DNA of 64,000 bases from Faecousia sp. (GTDB lineage: Bacteria > Bacillota > Clostridia > Oscillospirales > Oscillospiraceae). The notes beneath the pieces are model-generated. The model had not been told where the DNA came from. It ran no database searches and saw nothing but the letters and a program-made list of their open reading frames with translations. The stretch lies in NCBI GenBank assembly GCA_029257335.1, contig JARIBV010000026.1, positions 78 through 64,077 on the forward strand, written 5' to 3'. Every line of letters begins with the position of its first letter. The stretch's first letter is position 1. Of this stretch, positions 29,444-39,238 are shown piece by piece. The position numbers and the translations under genes were made by a program.

Positions 29444-30007
29444 TTACCGGATCGCCTTTCTCAGCAGCGGCATCATAAGCAGCGCCACCGTACCGCCGAT
29501 CAGAGCGGTAACCAGCTGGGGCCAGGAAAACATGGTGGAAAACACCGCGATCTGCTTGGGCTTCAGTCCGTCCCCCAGAAGCGGCACAATACACTTCACA
29601 ACCAGAAGATACAGCGTGGCAAACTTTGCCGCAGCAGAAACCGCAAGTGCCACCACCTGCCGGACTATGGGCTTTTCCCCGGAGCCCAGCAGGAAATACA
29701 GAGCCAGGACAAAAATCACATTGCCTGCCGCCACGCCGGGGACAATCGGAAGCAGCTTGGGACCGATTCCCAGAAAAAACGCAAAGAAGGGGGACAGAAC
29801 CGCCACAGTAACGCCGCTCCAGGCGCCTGCCAGCAGGACCGACACAGCCAGAACAGCGTTGACGCAGGATCCTGTGATAAACTGTCCCGCAAATGCCTGG
29901 GTTCCGGCGGTGGCCCATTGCAGGGCCAGCAGAAGCGCAGTGAGCACAGCGGTACGGGTGATCCATCGGATGCTGCCATTGGAGGGCGGGGCAATTTTGT
30001 CAGACAT
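29444..30007 (-). CDS. ECF transporter S component
   Basis: ITRTAVLTALL, QFITGSCVNAVL, PQLVTALIGG; 5-6 TM helices. Confidence 0.8.
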   Translation of the reverse strand: MSDKIAPPSNGSIRWITRTAVLTALLLALQWATAGTQAFAGQFITGSCVNAVLAVSVLLAGAWSGVTVAVLSPFFAFFLGIGPKLLPIVPGVAAGNVIFVLALYFLLGSGEKPIVRQVVALAVSAAAKFATLYLLVVKCIVPLLGDGLKPKQIAVFSTMFSWPQLVTALIGGTVALLMMPLLRKAIR

Positions 30008-30033
30008 AGAATCAGACTCCTTTCAAATCATTC

Positions 30034-31722
30034 CTAAGTTTTCGGATTGTGCAGCAATTCATGTACCTTGTCTTTGAAATACCCGTGATAGAAAAAGTCC
30101 ATCAGGGGATTTTCATTGGATTTCTTAATGGGCATAGAACGGTCCACCGCATAGAGTCCCTTGGCTCTTGCATGGGAGGTCTTATGGTCCAGCCTGGTGG
30201 GCTGGCCGCCGCCCATGACGCAGCCGCCTCGGCAGGCCATGACCTCGATCAGATGATATTCCTTTTCTCCGGACTTAATCTGCTCCATGACTTTTCTGGC
30301 ATTGGCAAGTCCCGACACCACACAAACCTTCAGATCCATGCCGTTATAAGCAACCGTTGCTTCCTTGATGCCTTCCTCCCCCCGGATGCCGCACTCTGCG
30401 ATGGTGGACAACGCATTGCGGTCCTGGACCTGAGACAGACGCCGCAAAACTGCTTCTGTCACGCCTCCTGTAACGCCAAAGATGAGGCCGCCGCCGGAGC
30501 CCAGGCCAAAGGGCATATCACAGGATTCTTCCTCCAGTGCCGCAAAGTCCAGGCCAAAATGCTTAATCATATGGATGAGCTCTGTAGTGGTAATCACAGC
30601 ATCCGTATCCTTCCCCCCGTTGGTGTAGGCATCCGGCCGCTCGGTCTCCATCTTTTTGGCGGTACACGGCATAACCGAAACCACAAAGGTCTTTTTTCCT
30701 CCTTCTCTGGCAGGATCTGCATAATAGCTCTTCAGAACCGCAGAGAACATCTGCTGGGGGCTGCGGCAGGAGGATACATTGGGTTTGAATTCCGGGAAGT
30801 CATTTTCCACGAACTTCACCCATGCAGGGCAGCAGGAGGTGAGAAGGGGCAGCTTTCCCCCATTGGCGACCCGATCCAGAAATTCCGCCGACTCCTCCAT
30901 AATGGTCAGGTCCGCAGTATAGCTGGTATCGAACACCCGGTCAAATCCCATGGTGTGCAGGGCTGTCACGATCTTTCCCATTACATTGGTGCCTTCCGCT
31001 ATATCGAAGGCCTCACCCACCGCCACACGGACGGCAGGGGCAATCTGGGCCACCACCCGTACATCGGGATCGTTCAGTGCCTTCCAGACCTTTTCCGTAT
31101 GGTCCTTGATAGTAAGTGCCCCCGTGGCACAAACCACCCGGCACTGCCCGCAGCTGACGCACTGAGTAGCCGCCAGGGGCCGGTTAAAGGCAGGCATCAC
31201 CATGGCATCGCTGCCCCGATGCATGAAGTTCAGGACCCCCACCCCCTGGAGCTCACTGCAAACACGGACACAGTTTCCGCAGAGCACACACTTATTGGGA
31301 TTGCGGATAATGGCATAGGAGCTGTCATCGATGGGCTGGGGCTCTTTATAGTTTTCAAATCGCACCGTGCGGATTCCCATACGATGGGCCAGATTTTGCA
31401 GGGGGCAGTCCCCGCTTTTCTCGCAGGTGGTGCAGTCTCTGTCGTGGGCGGCCAGCATGAGCTCTACAATCAGTTTGCGATGCTTGCGCAGGCGTTCGGT
31501 ATTGGTGTAAATCACCATACCGTCCCGAGGTTCTTCCGAGCAGGACGCAAAGGTACGGCCCCGGTCATCCTCTACTGTACAAAGCCGGCAGTCACCAAAG
31601 GTAGAAAGCTCCGGCTGGTAGCACAAGGTGGGAATGTCGATCCCGGCATTTCGAATAATGGTCAGGACATTTTTTTCGTTGGTAAATTCGTATTTTTTAC
31701 CGTTAATTGTAATAACTCCCAT
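30034..31722 (-). CDS. hydA: [FeFe] hydrogenase catalytic subunit (group A3 type)
   Basis: H-cluster motifs TSCCPAW, MPCTAKKME and EVMACRGGCVMGGGQP; N-terminal 2Fe-2S and 4Fe-4S motifs. Confidence 0.95.
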   Translation of the reverse strand: MGVITINGKKYEFTNEKNVLTIIRNAGIDIPTLCYQPELSTFGDCRLCTVEDDRGRTFASCSEEPRDGMVIYTNTERLRKHRKLIVELMLAAHDRDCTTCEKSGDCPLQNLAHRMGIRTVRFENYKEPQPIDDSSYAIIRNPNKCVLCGNCVRVCSELQGVGVLNFMHRGSDAMVMPAFNRPLAATQCVSCGQCRVVCATGALTIKDHTEKVWKALNDPDVRVVAQIAPAVRVAVGEAFDIAEGTNVMGKIVTALHTMGFDRVFDTSYTADLTIMEESAEFLDRVANGGKLPLLTSCCPAWVKFVENDFPEFKPNVSSCRSPQQMFSAVLKSYYADPAREGGKKTFVVSVMPCTAKKMETERPDAYTNGGKDTDAVITTTELIHMIKHFGLDFAALEEESCDMPFGLGSGGGLIFGVTGGVTEAVLRRLSQVQDRNALSTIAECGIRGEEGIKEATVAYNGMDLKVCVVSGLANARKVMEQIKSGEKEYHLIEVMACRGGCVMGGGQPTRLDHKTSHARAKGLYAVDRSMPIKKSNENPLMDFFYHGYFKDKVHELLHNPKT

Positions 31723-31733
31723 GATCTCCCTCC

Positions 31734-33623
31734 TTATGCGTCAATATAGATCGCATCGAACGCGCAGTTTTCCTTACAGGCACCACACTTGATGCAGGTT
31801 ACAGGATTGATGGAATAGGGGTGCTTGACGGTACCGGAAATTGCATTGACCGGGCAGAACTTGGCGCATTTGCTGCAGCCCTTACACAGGGCCGGGTTGA
31901 TCACATAGCGGCGCAGTGCCGTACAGATTTTAGCCGGGCACTTTTTATCCACAATGTGGGACAGATACTCTTCCCGGAAGGTATTCAGAGTGCTGAGGAC
32001 TGGCAGAGGTGCCGATTTTCCAAGGCCGCACAGGGCCATGGTCTGAATCATATTGGCCAGCTCTTCCAAAGTATCCAGATCTTCCATCTTGCCCTGGCCG
32101 CCCACGATCCGCTCCAGAATATCCAGCATCCGTTTCGTGCCCTCCCGGCAGGGGACACACTTGCCGCAGGATTCCCGCTGGGTGAAGCTCATAAAGAAGC
32201 GTGCCACCTCCACCATACAGGTGTGCTCATCCATGACCACCATGCCGCCGGAGCCTACAATGGCGTTGAATTTCTTTACCGAGTCAAAATCCAGAGGCTC
32301 GTCCAGATGCTTTTCCGTGAGACATCCGCCGGATGGGCCGCCGATCTGGACGGCTTTAAATTGCGCACCTGCTTTCAGGCCGCCGCCGATGTCAAAGATG
32401 ATCTGCCGAAGGGTGGTACCCATGGGCACTTCAATCAGCCCTGTGTTTTCAATGGCGCCGGTCAGGGAGAATGTCTTGCATCCGGGACTGCCCTGTGTGC
32501 CGATGGAGCGAAACCACTGTGCACCTTCCAGAATGATTTTTGGCACATTGGCAAAGGTCTCCACATTGTTGAGTACTGTGGGTTTTTCCCACAGACCCTT
32601 TTCCACGGTACGGGGCGGCTTGACCCGGGGCATTCCCCGGTTGCCTTCAATGGATGCGGTCAGAGCAGAGCCTTCTCCGCAAACAAACGCACCGGCACCC
32701 CGATTGATGTGCAGGTGGAAGCTGAAATCGGAACCCAGGATGTTCTCACCCAGAAGGCCCCGATCCTCCAGCTGGGCGATGGCTCCCCGGAGCCGGGAAA
32801 CCGACATGGGATATTCTGCACGGACATAGATATATCCGTTTTCTGCCCGCACGGCATAGGCTGCGATCATCATACCCTCAATGAGCTTAAACGGGTCTCC
32901 CTCCATGACCGATCCGTCCATAAAAGCACCGGGGTCGCCCTCGTCCCCGTTGCACACCACATAGCGGACAGGCTCCTTCTGCCGGGCAACCTGCTTCCAT
33001 TTGCGCCCCGTGGGGAAGCCGCCGCCCCCTCGTCCCCGAAGGCCGGACCGATCAATTTCTTCGATCACCTCATCCCGAGACATGGTGAGCATAGCCTTCT
33101 GCAAGGCCTGAAAGCCACCGGAGGCCAGGTATTCGTCCAGAGATTCCGAATCGAACTTGCCGCAGTTTTCCAACACAATTCTGGTCTGTTTGGCAATGAA
33201 GGGGATCTCATCGGGACTGATATAATGCCGCTTGTTTTTCTTATACAACAGCCTTTCCAGGATCTCGTCTCCCAGAACGGTCCGCTGGAAAATCTCGTCA
33301 CAATCCTCGGGCTGTACTTTGATGTACTGAATGATTTTGTCTTTTTTCTGGATCCGCACCAGAGGCCCCAGTTCGCAGAATCCCTGACACCCGGTTTTCT
33401 TGACCCCCACCAGCCGTTGGTGTTCGGCTTTGTCATGGGGGGCAAACTCCAAAACGATGTTTGGCTCCTCTTTCACCAGCTCCCGAAAGATTTTATAGAT
33501 TTCATTTGACCCGGTGGCAATGCAGCCCGTGCCGGAGCAGACCAGGATCCGGCAGTCATATCGGTTTAGCTCCTCTTTCGCACGGAGGCGGGTCTGATTC
33601 AGTTCCTCAACAGTTTTAATCAT
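31734..33623 (-). CDS. hydB: NuoF-like NADH/FMN-binding hydrogenase subunit
   Basis: GLRGRGGGGFPTG, CNGDEGDPGAFMD, ESCGKCVPCREG and a C-terminal 2x[4Fe-4S] domain. Confidence 0.93.
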   Translation of the reverse strand: MIKTVEELNQTRLRAKEELNRYDCRILVCSGTGCIATGSNEIYKIFRELVKEEPNIVLEFAPHDKAEHQRLVGVKKTGCQGFCELGPLVRIQKKDKIIQYIKVQPEDCDEIFQRTVLGDEILERLLYKKNKRHYISPDEIPFIAKQTRIVLENCGKFDSESLDEYLASGGFQALQKAMLTMSRDEVIEEIDRSGLRGRGGGGFPTGRKWKQVARQKEPVRYVVCNGDEGDPGAFMDGSVMEGDPFKLIEGMMIAAYAVRAENGYIYVRAEYPMSVSRLRGAIAQLEDRGLLGENILGSDFSFHLHINRGAGAFVCGEGSALTASIEGNRGMPRVKPPRTVEKGLWEKPTVLNNVETFANVPKIILEGAQWFRSIGTQGSPGCKTFSLTGAIENTGLIEVPMGTTLRQIIFDIGGGLKAGAQFKAVQIGGPSGGCLTEKHLDEPLDFDSVKKFNAIVGSGGMVVMDEHTCMVEVARFFMSFTQRESCGKCVPCREGTKRMLDILERIVGGQGKMEDLDTLEELANMIQTMALCGLGKSAPLPVLSTLNTFREEYLSHIVDKKCPAKICTALRRYVINPALCKGCSKCAKFCPVNAISGTVKHPYSINPVTCIKCGACKENCAFDAIYIDA

Positions 33624-34099
33624 AAGATTTCACCTCTCAGCTGGGCAATCAATGCCAGGGCCTTTTCAGGAGTCATCGAGGGGTACACGGTTTCGTTTAC
33701 CATCATGGTGGGAGCAAGTCCGCAGGCACCGAGACAGGAAACCGTTTCCACGGTAAACATCATGTCATCGGTGGTATGCTTCTTTTTGCTGAGACCCAGT
33801 TCCTTCCACAGGGCCTCCAAAACAGGGGTAGAGTGACGCACATGACAGGCTGTGCCATCGCAGACTTTAATGACATATTTGCCCTTTGCTTCAAAGGAGA
33901 AATTCTCATAAAATGTAGCTACGCTGTAGGCCTTGGCCTCGGTGATTCCAATTTCTTTTGCCACATAGCTCAGAAGCTCCCCGGGCAGGTAGCGGTATTG
34001 TGCCTGAATATCCTGCATAATGGGGATCAAAGAGCGGGCATCCCGGACATAGCGAGAAATAATTTCATCCGTTTTCCGGTAATAGGATTCATCTAGCAT
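33620..34099 (-). CDS. hydC: NuoE-like 2Fe-2S hydrogenase subunit
   Basis: VATFY, CDGTACH and CLGACGLAP. Confidence 0.93.
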   Translation of the reverse strand: MLDESYYRKTDEIISRYVRDARSLIPIMQDIQAQYRYLPGELLSYVAKEIGITEAKAYSVATFYENFSFEAKGKYVIKVCDGTACHVRHSTPVLEALWKELGLSKKKHTTDDMMFTVETVSCLGACGLAPTMMVNETVYPSMTPEKALALIAQLRGEIL

Positions 34100-34505
34100 A
34101 ATGCTTCTGCTCTCACTTTCATACCAGTTTTTAAGGATGTGCTGCCACCTCCTTAATGGGGCTATTATAACACCTTTGGAACGAATCTTCTATAAACGGA
34201 ATTGCCATAAAACACATGTAGAATTTGATGAATTGGATACCACTCATAATTGCCATAAAAGCTATATAAGCACAATTTCGCCTTCCTTTATTTTATATCG
34301 CCATTTCCCGTGTTTTTTCAATTTTTGTCCCAGTTTTTCGTAAAATCTCCACAAAGCGCCTCCTCCGTTTTGGATTGCACAAAATGAACTTTTCTTCTGA
34401 TCGACTCTAAATCCCTGTTCAAACCGGATGAAATATGATATGATGTAGAATAGAAAGATTTCCGGCATCTTCCGTGATGCGGCACAACTATAAGGAGCGA
34501 ACAAT

Positions 34506-34889
34506 ATGAGTACTACCACCATAACATCAGAAAAAACCATCCTCATCTATGGCCTTTCCGGTATGCAGATGCTGGCTCTGAGTTCCATGGCCGAAAAAGA
34601 AGGAATCGTTTGCAAAGCCGTCTCGGATACACAGACCACCCTTACCGTGGCACAGCTTCTGTCTGAGACCCCCTTTCCTCCCCAGCCCTCCCATGCTCTG
34701 ATTGGAAAATTTGCCCTTCTGCATGGATTCGATGGGCACCCCCAGAGTGGAACCGCACTGATCAACCAGGTGGCCAGCGGCGTTATTAAAGCTATGCATA
34801 CCAAGCATAACAGCAGCTGGCGCTTCTGCGACCTGTGCACTGAAATCCGGAAAGAATATGACACCGTAAAAAATATGAGAAAGTCCTGA
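34506..34889 (+). CDS. DUF3783-like protein
   Basis: ILIYG...KAMHTKHNSSWRFCDLCTEIRKE pattern; RBS AAGGAG. Confidence 0.6.
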   Translation: MSTTTITSEKTILIYGLSGMQMLALSSMAEKEGIVCKAVSDTQTTLTVAQLLSETPFPPQPSHALIGKFALLHGFDGHPQSGTALINQVASGVIKAMHTKHNSSWRFCDLCTEIRKEYDTVKNMRKS

Positions 34890-35064
34890 TTACCGGAGCG
34901 GTTGGAGCCGATGCAGTTCCAGCCGCTCCATCCCGTGATTGATTTTCGCCTGGTTTTCAGGACGCCCCCAATACACCGAATCTCTCCGGGACAGAAGAAA
35001 AATGATGCTTCCCTCCCGGCACAGAGTCAAAGGATGATTTCAACTGTCAGAAAGGGATGTTGTT

Positions 35065-35415
35065 ATGACGATTGGTGAGGCATTGGCAAACTTACAAAAA
35101 TCGGATTTCCGGGCACGGTTTCACCTGACCGAAAAGGATCGCACATACATTGCCGCCAAGGGGCTTCCTATGATCCGGCAGCATGCCTGTGATTTTGTCC
35201 GTCAGCGTCTGTCTCCTGCACAGATTCCCAACGACGGAAAGCAAACGCCCATGCGGGGCCACCCCGTCTTTGTCGCGCAGCACGCCTGTGCCTGCTGCTG
35301 CCGGGGCTGTCTGGAAACATGGTATCATATTCCGAAGGGCACCCAATTAAGTGAAGTGCAGCAAGAGGGCATTGTGAATTTGTTGATGGCGTGGATCCTG
35401 AGAGAAATCCGATGA
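35065..35415 (+). CDS. DUF4186 domain protein
   Basis: SDFRARFHL, NDGKQTPMRGHPVFVAQHA and CCRGCL. Confidence 0.88.
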   Translation: MTIGEALANLQKSDFRARFHLTEKDRTYIAAKGLPMIRQHACDFVRQRLSPAQIPNDGKQTPMRGHPVFVAQHACACCCRGCLETWYHIPKGTQLSEVQQEGIVNLLMAWILREIR

Positions 35416-35514
35416 TGCAAAAATCATAATTTCCATTTAAAATTTGCAGTTTCTTCATCATTTCCCCCGAAAAGTATGATACCATTTCTAAAAACAGCAA
35501 GGAGGCACCGTACC

Positions 35515-35772
35515 ATGAAGCAATACATTCCCTATGAAAAGCGTTCCAAGAAGGAGCAGAAAAAGATCAATGCCAGCCGCCGAACCACCTGGGGCCCTCT
35601 GAACCCCGTTACCCGGAAACCCGAAAACAGCAAAGCCTATCATCGTAAGAAAGCCCAGAACTGGAAGCGTGAGCTGCCGGATTCTGGGTCTTTTTTATAC
35701 CTCCTCTTCCCCATTGACACGCTTTTGCGGCCCCATGGGATCAGCACAGAGATTGCGTCAATCAATCCGTGA
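35515..35772 (+). CDS. small basic protein, candidate ArfA/BrfA-like ribosome-rescue factor
   Basis: RBS AAGGAGG then ATG; MKQYIPYEKRSKKEQKKINASRRTTWGPLNPVTRKPENSKAYHRKKAQNWKRE; internal terminator before the stop. The CDS is well supported but the function is inferred. Confidence 0.65.
   Translation: MKQYIPYEKRSKKEQKKINASRRTTWGPLNPVTRKPENSKAYHRKKAQNWKRELPDSGSFLYLLFPIDTLLRPHGISTEIASINP
35653..35696 (+). terminator. intragenic intrinsic terminator
   Basis: GCCCAGAA-CTGG-a-AGC-GTGA-GCT-g-CCGG-a-TTCTGGGT-c-TTTTTT (GNRA loop, T6). Confidence 0.75.
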
Positions 35773-35993
35773 ATTTGATAAATTTTCCTATTTTGTGCAA
35801 AATAATTAAAATTTGCTTTTTATTAATCTTTATGATATACTATATACACAAACAAAAGAACCAACCGAGAGAAGGGCTTTTCGCCGTGTGATTTCACACT
35901 CACACGCATGAAGTGCTTCTTTTTTGCAACTGCTCACTGCTTATTCCCACAAAAGCAGTACAGAAAATAAAACATACTATTAGGAGGAACACA

Positions 35994-36566
35994 ATGGACA
36001 TCATCAATGTGGAAAGACGAGACCCCATGGCAAAAGCGAAGCACCTGCGGCGAGTGGGCATTGTACCCTGCTCTGTGTATGGAGGAACTCTGCCCGAAGC
36101 GGTTTCCATTCAAATGGAGCAGCAGGCTGCAAATCTGCTGCTTCGCCAGAAACGGGACGGCAGCAAGATCCGTCTGAATCTGGATGGTCAGATCATCCCC
36201 ACCCAAATCAAAGAATACACCCGCAATCCCGATAACCAAGATGTAACCCATCTCAGCTTTCAGGCCTTGAAAGCCGGACAGCCCGTCAAGAGCGTTGTCC
36301 ACATCCATCGGAAGAACACGGAAAATATCAGAGGCATTCTGGAGCAGATGATCGATGAGGTGAGCTACGAATCTCTTCCCGAGTATATGGTGGATAGCGT
36401 CACCCTGGATCTGGAAGGTGCCGCTCCCGGCACGCAGATCACCATTGCAGACATTCCGGAACTGAATAACGAGCACATCACGCTCCACATTCCCGGTGAC
36501 ACCCTTGTTCTTCGTATCAGCGAAGCAAAGACGGCGGCAAATCAGGAAGATTCGGCCGCAGAATAG
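35994..36566 (+). CDS. rplY: 50S ribosomal protein L25 / Ctc
   Basis: AKHLRRVGIVPCSVYG, HLSFQ and a C-terminal Ctc domain; RBS AGGAGG. Confidence 0.85.
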   Translation: MDIINVERRDPMAKAKHLRRVGIVPCSVYGGTLPEAVSIQMEQQAANLLLRQKRDGSKIRLNLDGQIIPTQIKEYTRNPDNQDVTHLSFQALKAGQPVKSVVHIHRKNTENIRGILEQMIDEVSYESLPEYMVDSVTLDLEGAAPGTQITIADIPELNNEHITLHIPGDTLVLRISEAKTAANQEDSAAE

Positions 36567-36577
36567 ATAGAATACGG

Positions 36578-36615
36578 AAAGGGCCTTACCTGTCGATGCA
36601 GGTAAGGCCCTTTTT
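36578..36615 (+). terminator. intrinsic terminator after rplY
   Basis: AAAGGGCCTTACCTG...CAGGTAAGGCCCTTTTT. Confidence 0.85.
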
Positions 36616-36811
36616 ACATCCGAACCTCTCATCTGACTACAAAAATTTCACAACTTATTTTCTTGATTATTTATAACAATGCCTTATACTGTTAGGTAGG
36701 GCTGTGACACAAAAGCAAGCCCCACTGTGCTGCCCATACAGCATGAAATCAGACAGCTGTATCAACGCCAGATCCACAAATCCATTTCGGCGCAGAAAAA
36801 GGAGAGCCTTT

Positions 36812-37279
36812 ATGAAGCTTGCAATTCTATCCGATACCCACGGGCTGCTTCGTCCCCAGGTATTGAAGCAGCTGAACGATGCGGATGCCATCATCCATGG
36901 CGGGGATATCAACACCCAAAAAGTTGTGGAGGAACTGAGCAAATATGCCCCACTATATATTGTCCGGGGCAATAACGACAAAGAATGGGCCGCCTCTCTC
37001 CCCCATGATCTCACCTTCTGCCTGGATGGTGTGACTTTTTTCCTGGTCCACAATCAAAAGGAAGTGCCCGGTTCTCTTGCCGGTGTGGATGTGGTAGTGT
37101 ACGGCCATTCTCACAAATATGCCCAAGAACAACGAGACCGCATTCTGTGGCTGAACCCCGGCAGCTGCGGTCCCAGAAGATTTCACCAGGATATCACCAT
37201 GGCCAAGATGGAGATTAAAAACGGGACCTACCGTGTGGAAAAAATAATAATTCCCCATGAATCACCTGAGGAGAAATGA
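36812..37279 (+). CDS. YfcE/YsnB family metallophosphoesterase
   Basis: SDTHG, HGGD, VRGNND, GHSH, NPGS. Confidence 0.9.
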   Translation: MKLAILSDTHGLLRPQVLKQLNDADAIIHGGDINTQKVVEELSKYAPLYIVRGNNDKEWAASLPHDLTFCLDGVTFFLVHNQKEVPGSLAGVDVVVYGHSHKYAQEQRDRILWLNPGSCGPRRFHQDITMAKMEIKNGTYRVEKIIIPHESPEEK

Positions 37280-37282
37280 ACT

Positions 37283-38296
37283 ATGACAAACGAAAATACA
37301 ACCTCTGTAGCAGAAGAACAGCATACCCCATCCGGCCATGTTTCCGTCTGCGACATGGCCGCCAACACCCGCATCTCCGGATTTTATATCCTGCAATCGG
37401 CCTCTCTTCGCACCACCGCTTCCGGGAAATCCTTTCTAAACGCCACCGTGTCCGATAAAACCGCTGCCATTCCCCTGATCCTCTGGGATTACACCGGCCC
37501 GATCAGTTCCGCCGATGACGGGAAAGTGGTTTTTCTGAGGGGCCAGGTCTCCGAATTCAAAGGCTCTTTGCAAATCACCGCAGAGGCTCTTCGGCTCCGG
37601 GATGCAGACGAGTCCGTTGATCTTTCCACCTTGGTTCCGGTGGCCCCCATCGATGTTGACCGGATGTATGAACAGATTCAGTCTACCGTCCATTCTCTGA
37701 CCGATGGGGACTACAAGGCCATCTGCGAGGAATTTCTCCGCCGCCACGGTCAGCTGCTGCGGACCATCCCCGCAGCCAAGAGTGTCCATCACAGCTTTCT
37801 GCACGGTCTTTTAATGCACACCGGCAATATGTTGAAAACCGCAGATTTTTTGGCAGGCCTCTACCCGGAGGTCATCGATCGGGATCTGCTTCTGACCGCA
37901 ACATTGCTCCACGACTTTTCCAAACGGGAGGAATTTACCTTCTCTTCTCTGGGGCTGGTTTCAGATTACTCCTTAAAGGGGAATCTGCTGGGTCATCTGG
38001 TCATGGTTGCCCAGGAGGCCGCTGAGATTGGGAATGTGCTGAAGGTGCCTGAGGAAAAATCCATTCTGCTTCAGCATATTCTGTTATCCCATCACGGAAA
38101 GCCTGAGTATGGTGCCGCAATAGCCCCCATGTGCGCCGAAGGGGAATTGCTCTTCCTCATAGACAATGTGGACAGCCGTATGGAAATTTACCGTACGCAT
38201 CTGGAACAAACTCCCGTGGGAGCATTCAGCGACCGCATTTTTGCCTTGGACGGCCGCCGCGTCTATCACCACTTCCCTTCAGGCAATCAGAAATAA
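37283..38296 (+). CDS. yhaM: 3'-5' exoribonuclease YhaM family (OB fold + HD domain)
   Basis: PAAKSVHH, GLLMHT, LLHDFSK, GNLLGHL, ILLSHHG. Confidence 0.85.
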   Translation: MTNENTTSVAEEQHTPSGHVSVCDMAANTRISGFYILQSASLRTTASGKSFLNATVSDKTAAIPLILWDYTGPISSADDGKVVFLRGQVSEFKGSLQITAEALRLRDADESVDLSTLVPVAPIDVDRMYEQIQSTVHSLTDGDYKAICEEFLRRHGQLLRTIPAAKSVHHSFLHGLLMHTGNMLKTADFLAGLYPEVIDRDLLLTATLLHDFSKREEFTFSSLGLVSDYSLKGNLLGHLVMVAQEAAEIGNVLKVPEEKSILLQHILLSHHGKPEYGAAIAPMCAEGELLFLIDNVDSRMEIYRTHLEQTPVGAFSDRIFALDGRRVYHHFPSGNQK

Positions 38297-38392
38297 AAAT
38301 CGGATTGCACATAATGTCCTGTGGTACCCCCCCATGGATGCGCTTTACTGCCAGTTAAAATTTCCAATTCTCTTATATATCGGAGGCTTCCT

Positions 38393-38954
38393 ATGCACCC
38401 CCCCCTATCAAATCATTCCCAGTGCACGAAAAACCATAGCCATTCAAATCACTCCGAAAGGACAGGTGCTGGTACGCTGTCCCAATCGAATGCCTGCGGA
38501 TGAGATTCACAGGTTTGTGGAAAGCAAGTCTTCCTGGATCGAACAGCATCTTCTCCGACTGCGCAAAAGCCCCCCAGAACCCCCGTTTACCGAAAATCAG
38601 CTTCGGGACCTTGCCCGGCAGGCCGCAATCCGTATCCCGAAACGGGTTGCCTGGTTTGCCGAAAAAGCGGGCGTAACCTACGGAAGGATTACCATTCGCA
38701 GGCAGCGGACCCGTTGGGGCAGCTGCAGCAGCAACGGCAATCTGAATTTCAACTGTCTGCTGATGCTCGTCCCACCTGCTGTACTGGACTATGTGGTTGT
38801 CCACGAGCTGTGTCACAGAAAGGAGATGAACCACTCTGAAAAATTCTGGGCCCAGGTGCAAAAGGTTCTGCCAAACTATGAGGTCAGCCAAAAATGGCTG
38901 AATGATTACGGAGCTTCGCTGATTGCACGGCTGGAACCCGGGAAATCGCACTGA
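38393..38954 (+). pseudogene. YgjP/DUF45 (M48-like) metal-dependent hydrolase, frameshifted in a C8 tract near the start
   Basis: RTRWGSCS and YVVVHELCH..EMNHS..FW. The ATG at 38393 (RBS GGAGG) reaches this frame only if C8 (38398-38405) is C7. Confidence 0.75.
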
Positions 38955-39001
38955 GAGGAATAGGAAAACGGCTGGCAAGAAAGAATCTTGCCAGCCGTTA
39001 T

Positions 39002-39238
39002 TTATTCCCAAGTTTTCAAGATTTCGATAATCTTCTCTTCATAGTTTCCGATAAAATCCTCACTGCGTCCGCAAGAACGGACATTGCTTTCCGCCCCAGG
39101 CTCCGGATCGTTAAATTCCCAGATTCGATAAGACAGCCCCCGGTGCACAAAATTGATGCTGCCGCAATGATTTTCTTCAAAATACGCATACGGCATGTGA
39201 TGTTTGTTCATATAGTCCTGAATTTTTTCCAGTCGCAT
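39002..39238 (-). CDS. hypothetical protein (78 aa)
   Basis: MRLEKIQDY...RGLSYRIWEF ORF converging on a bidirectional terminator (38968-38999). Confidence 0.65.
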   Translation of the reverse strand: MRLEKIQDYMNKHHMPYAYFEENHCGSINFVHRGLSYRIWEFNDPEPGAESNVRSCGRSEDFIGNYEEKIIEILKTWE

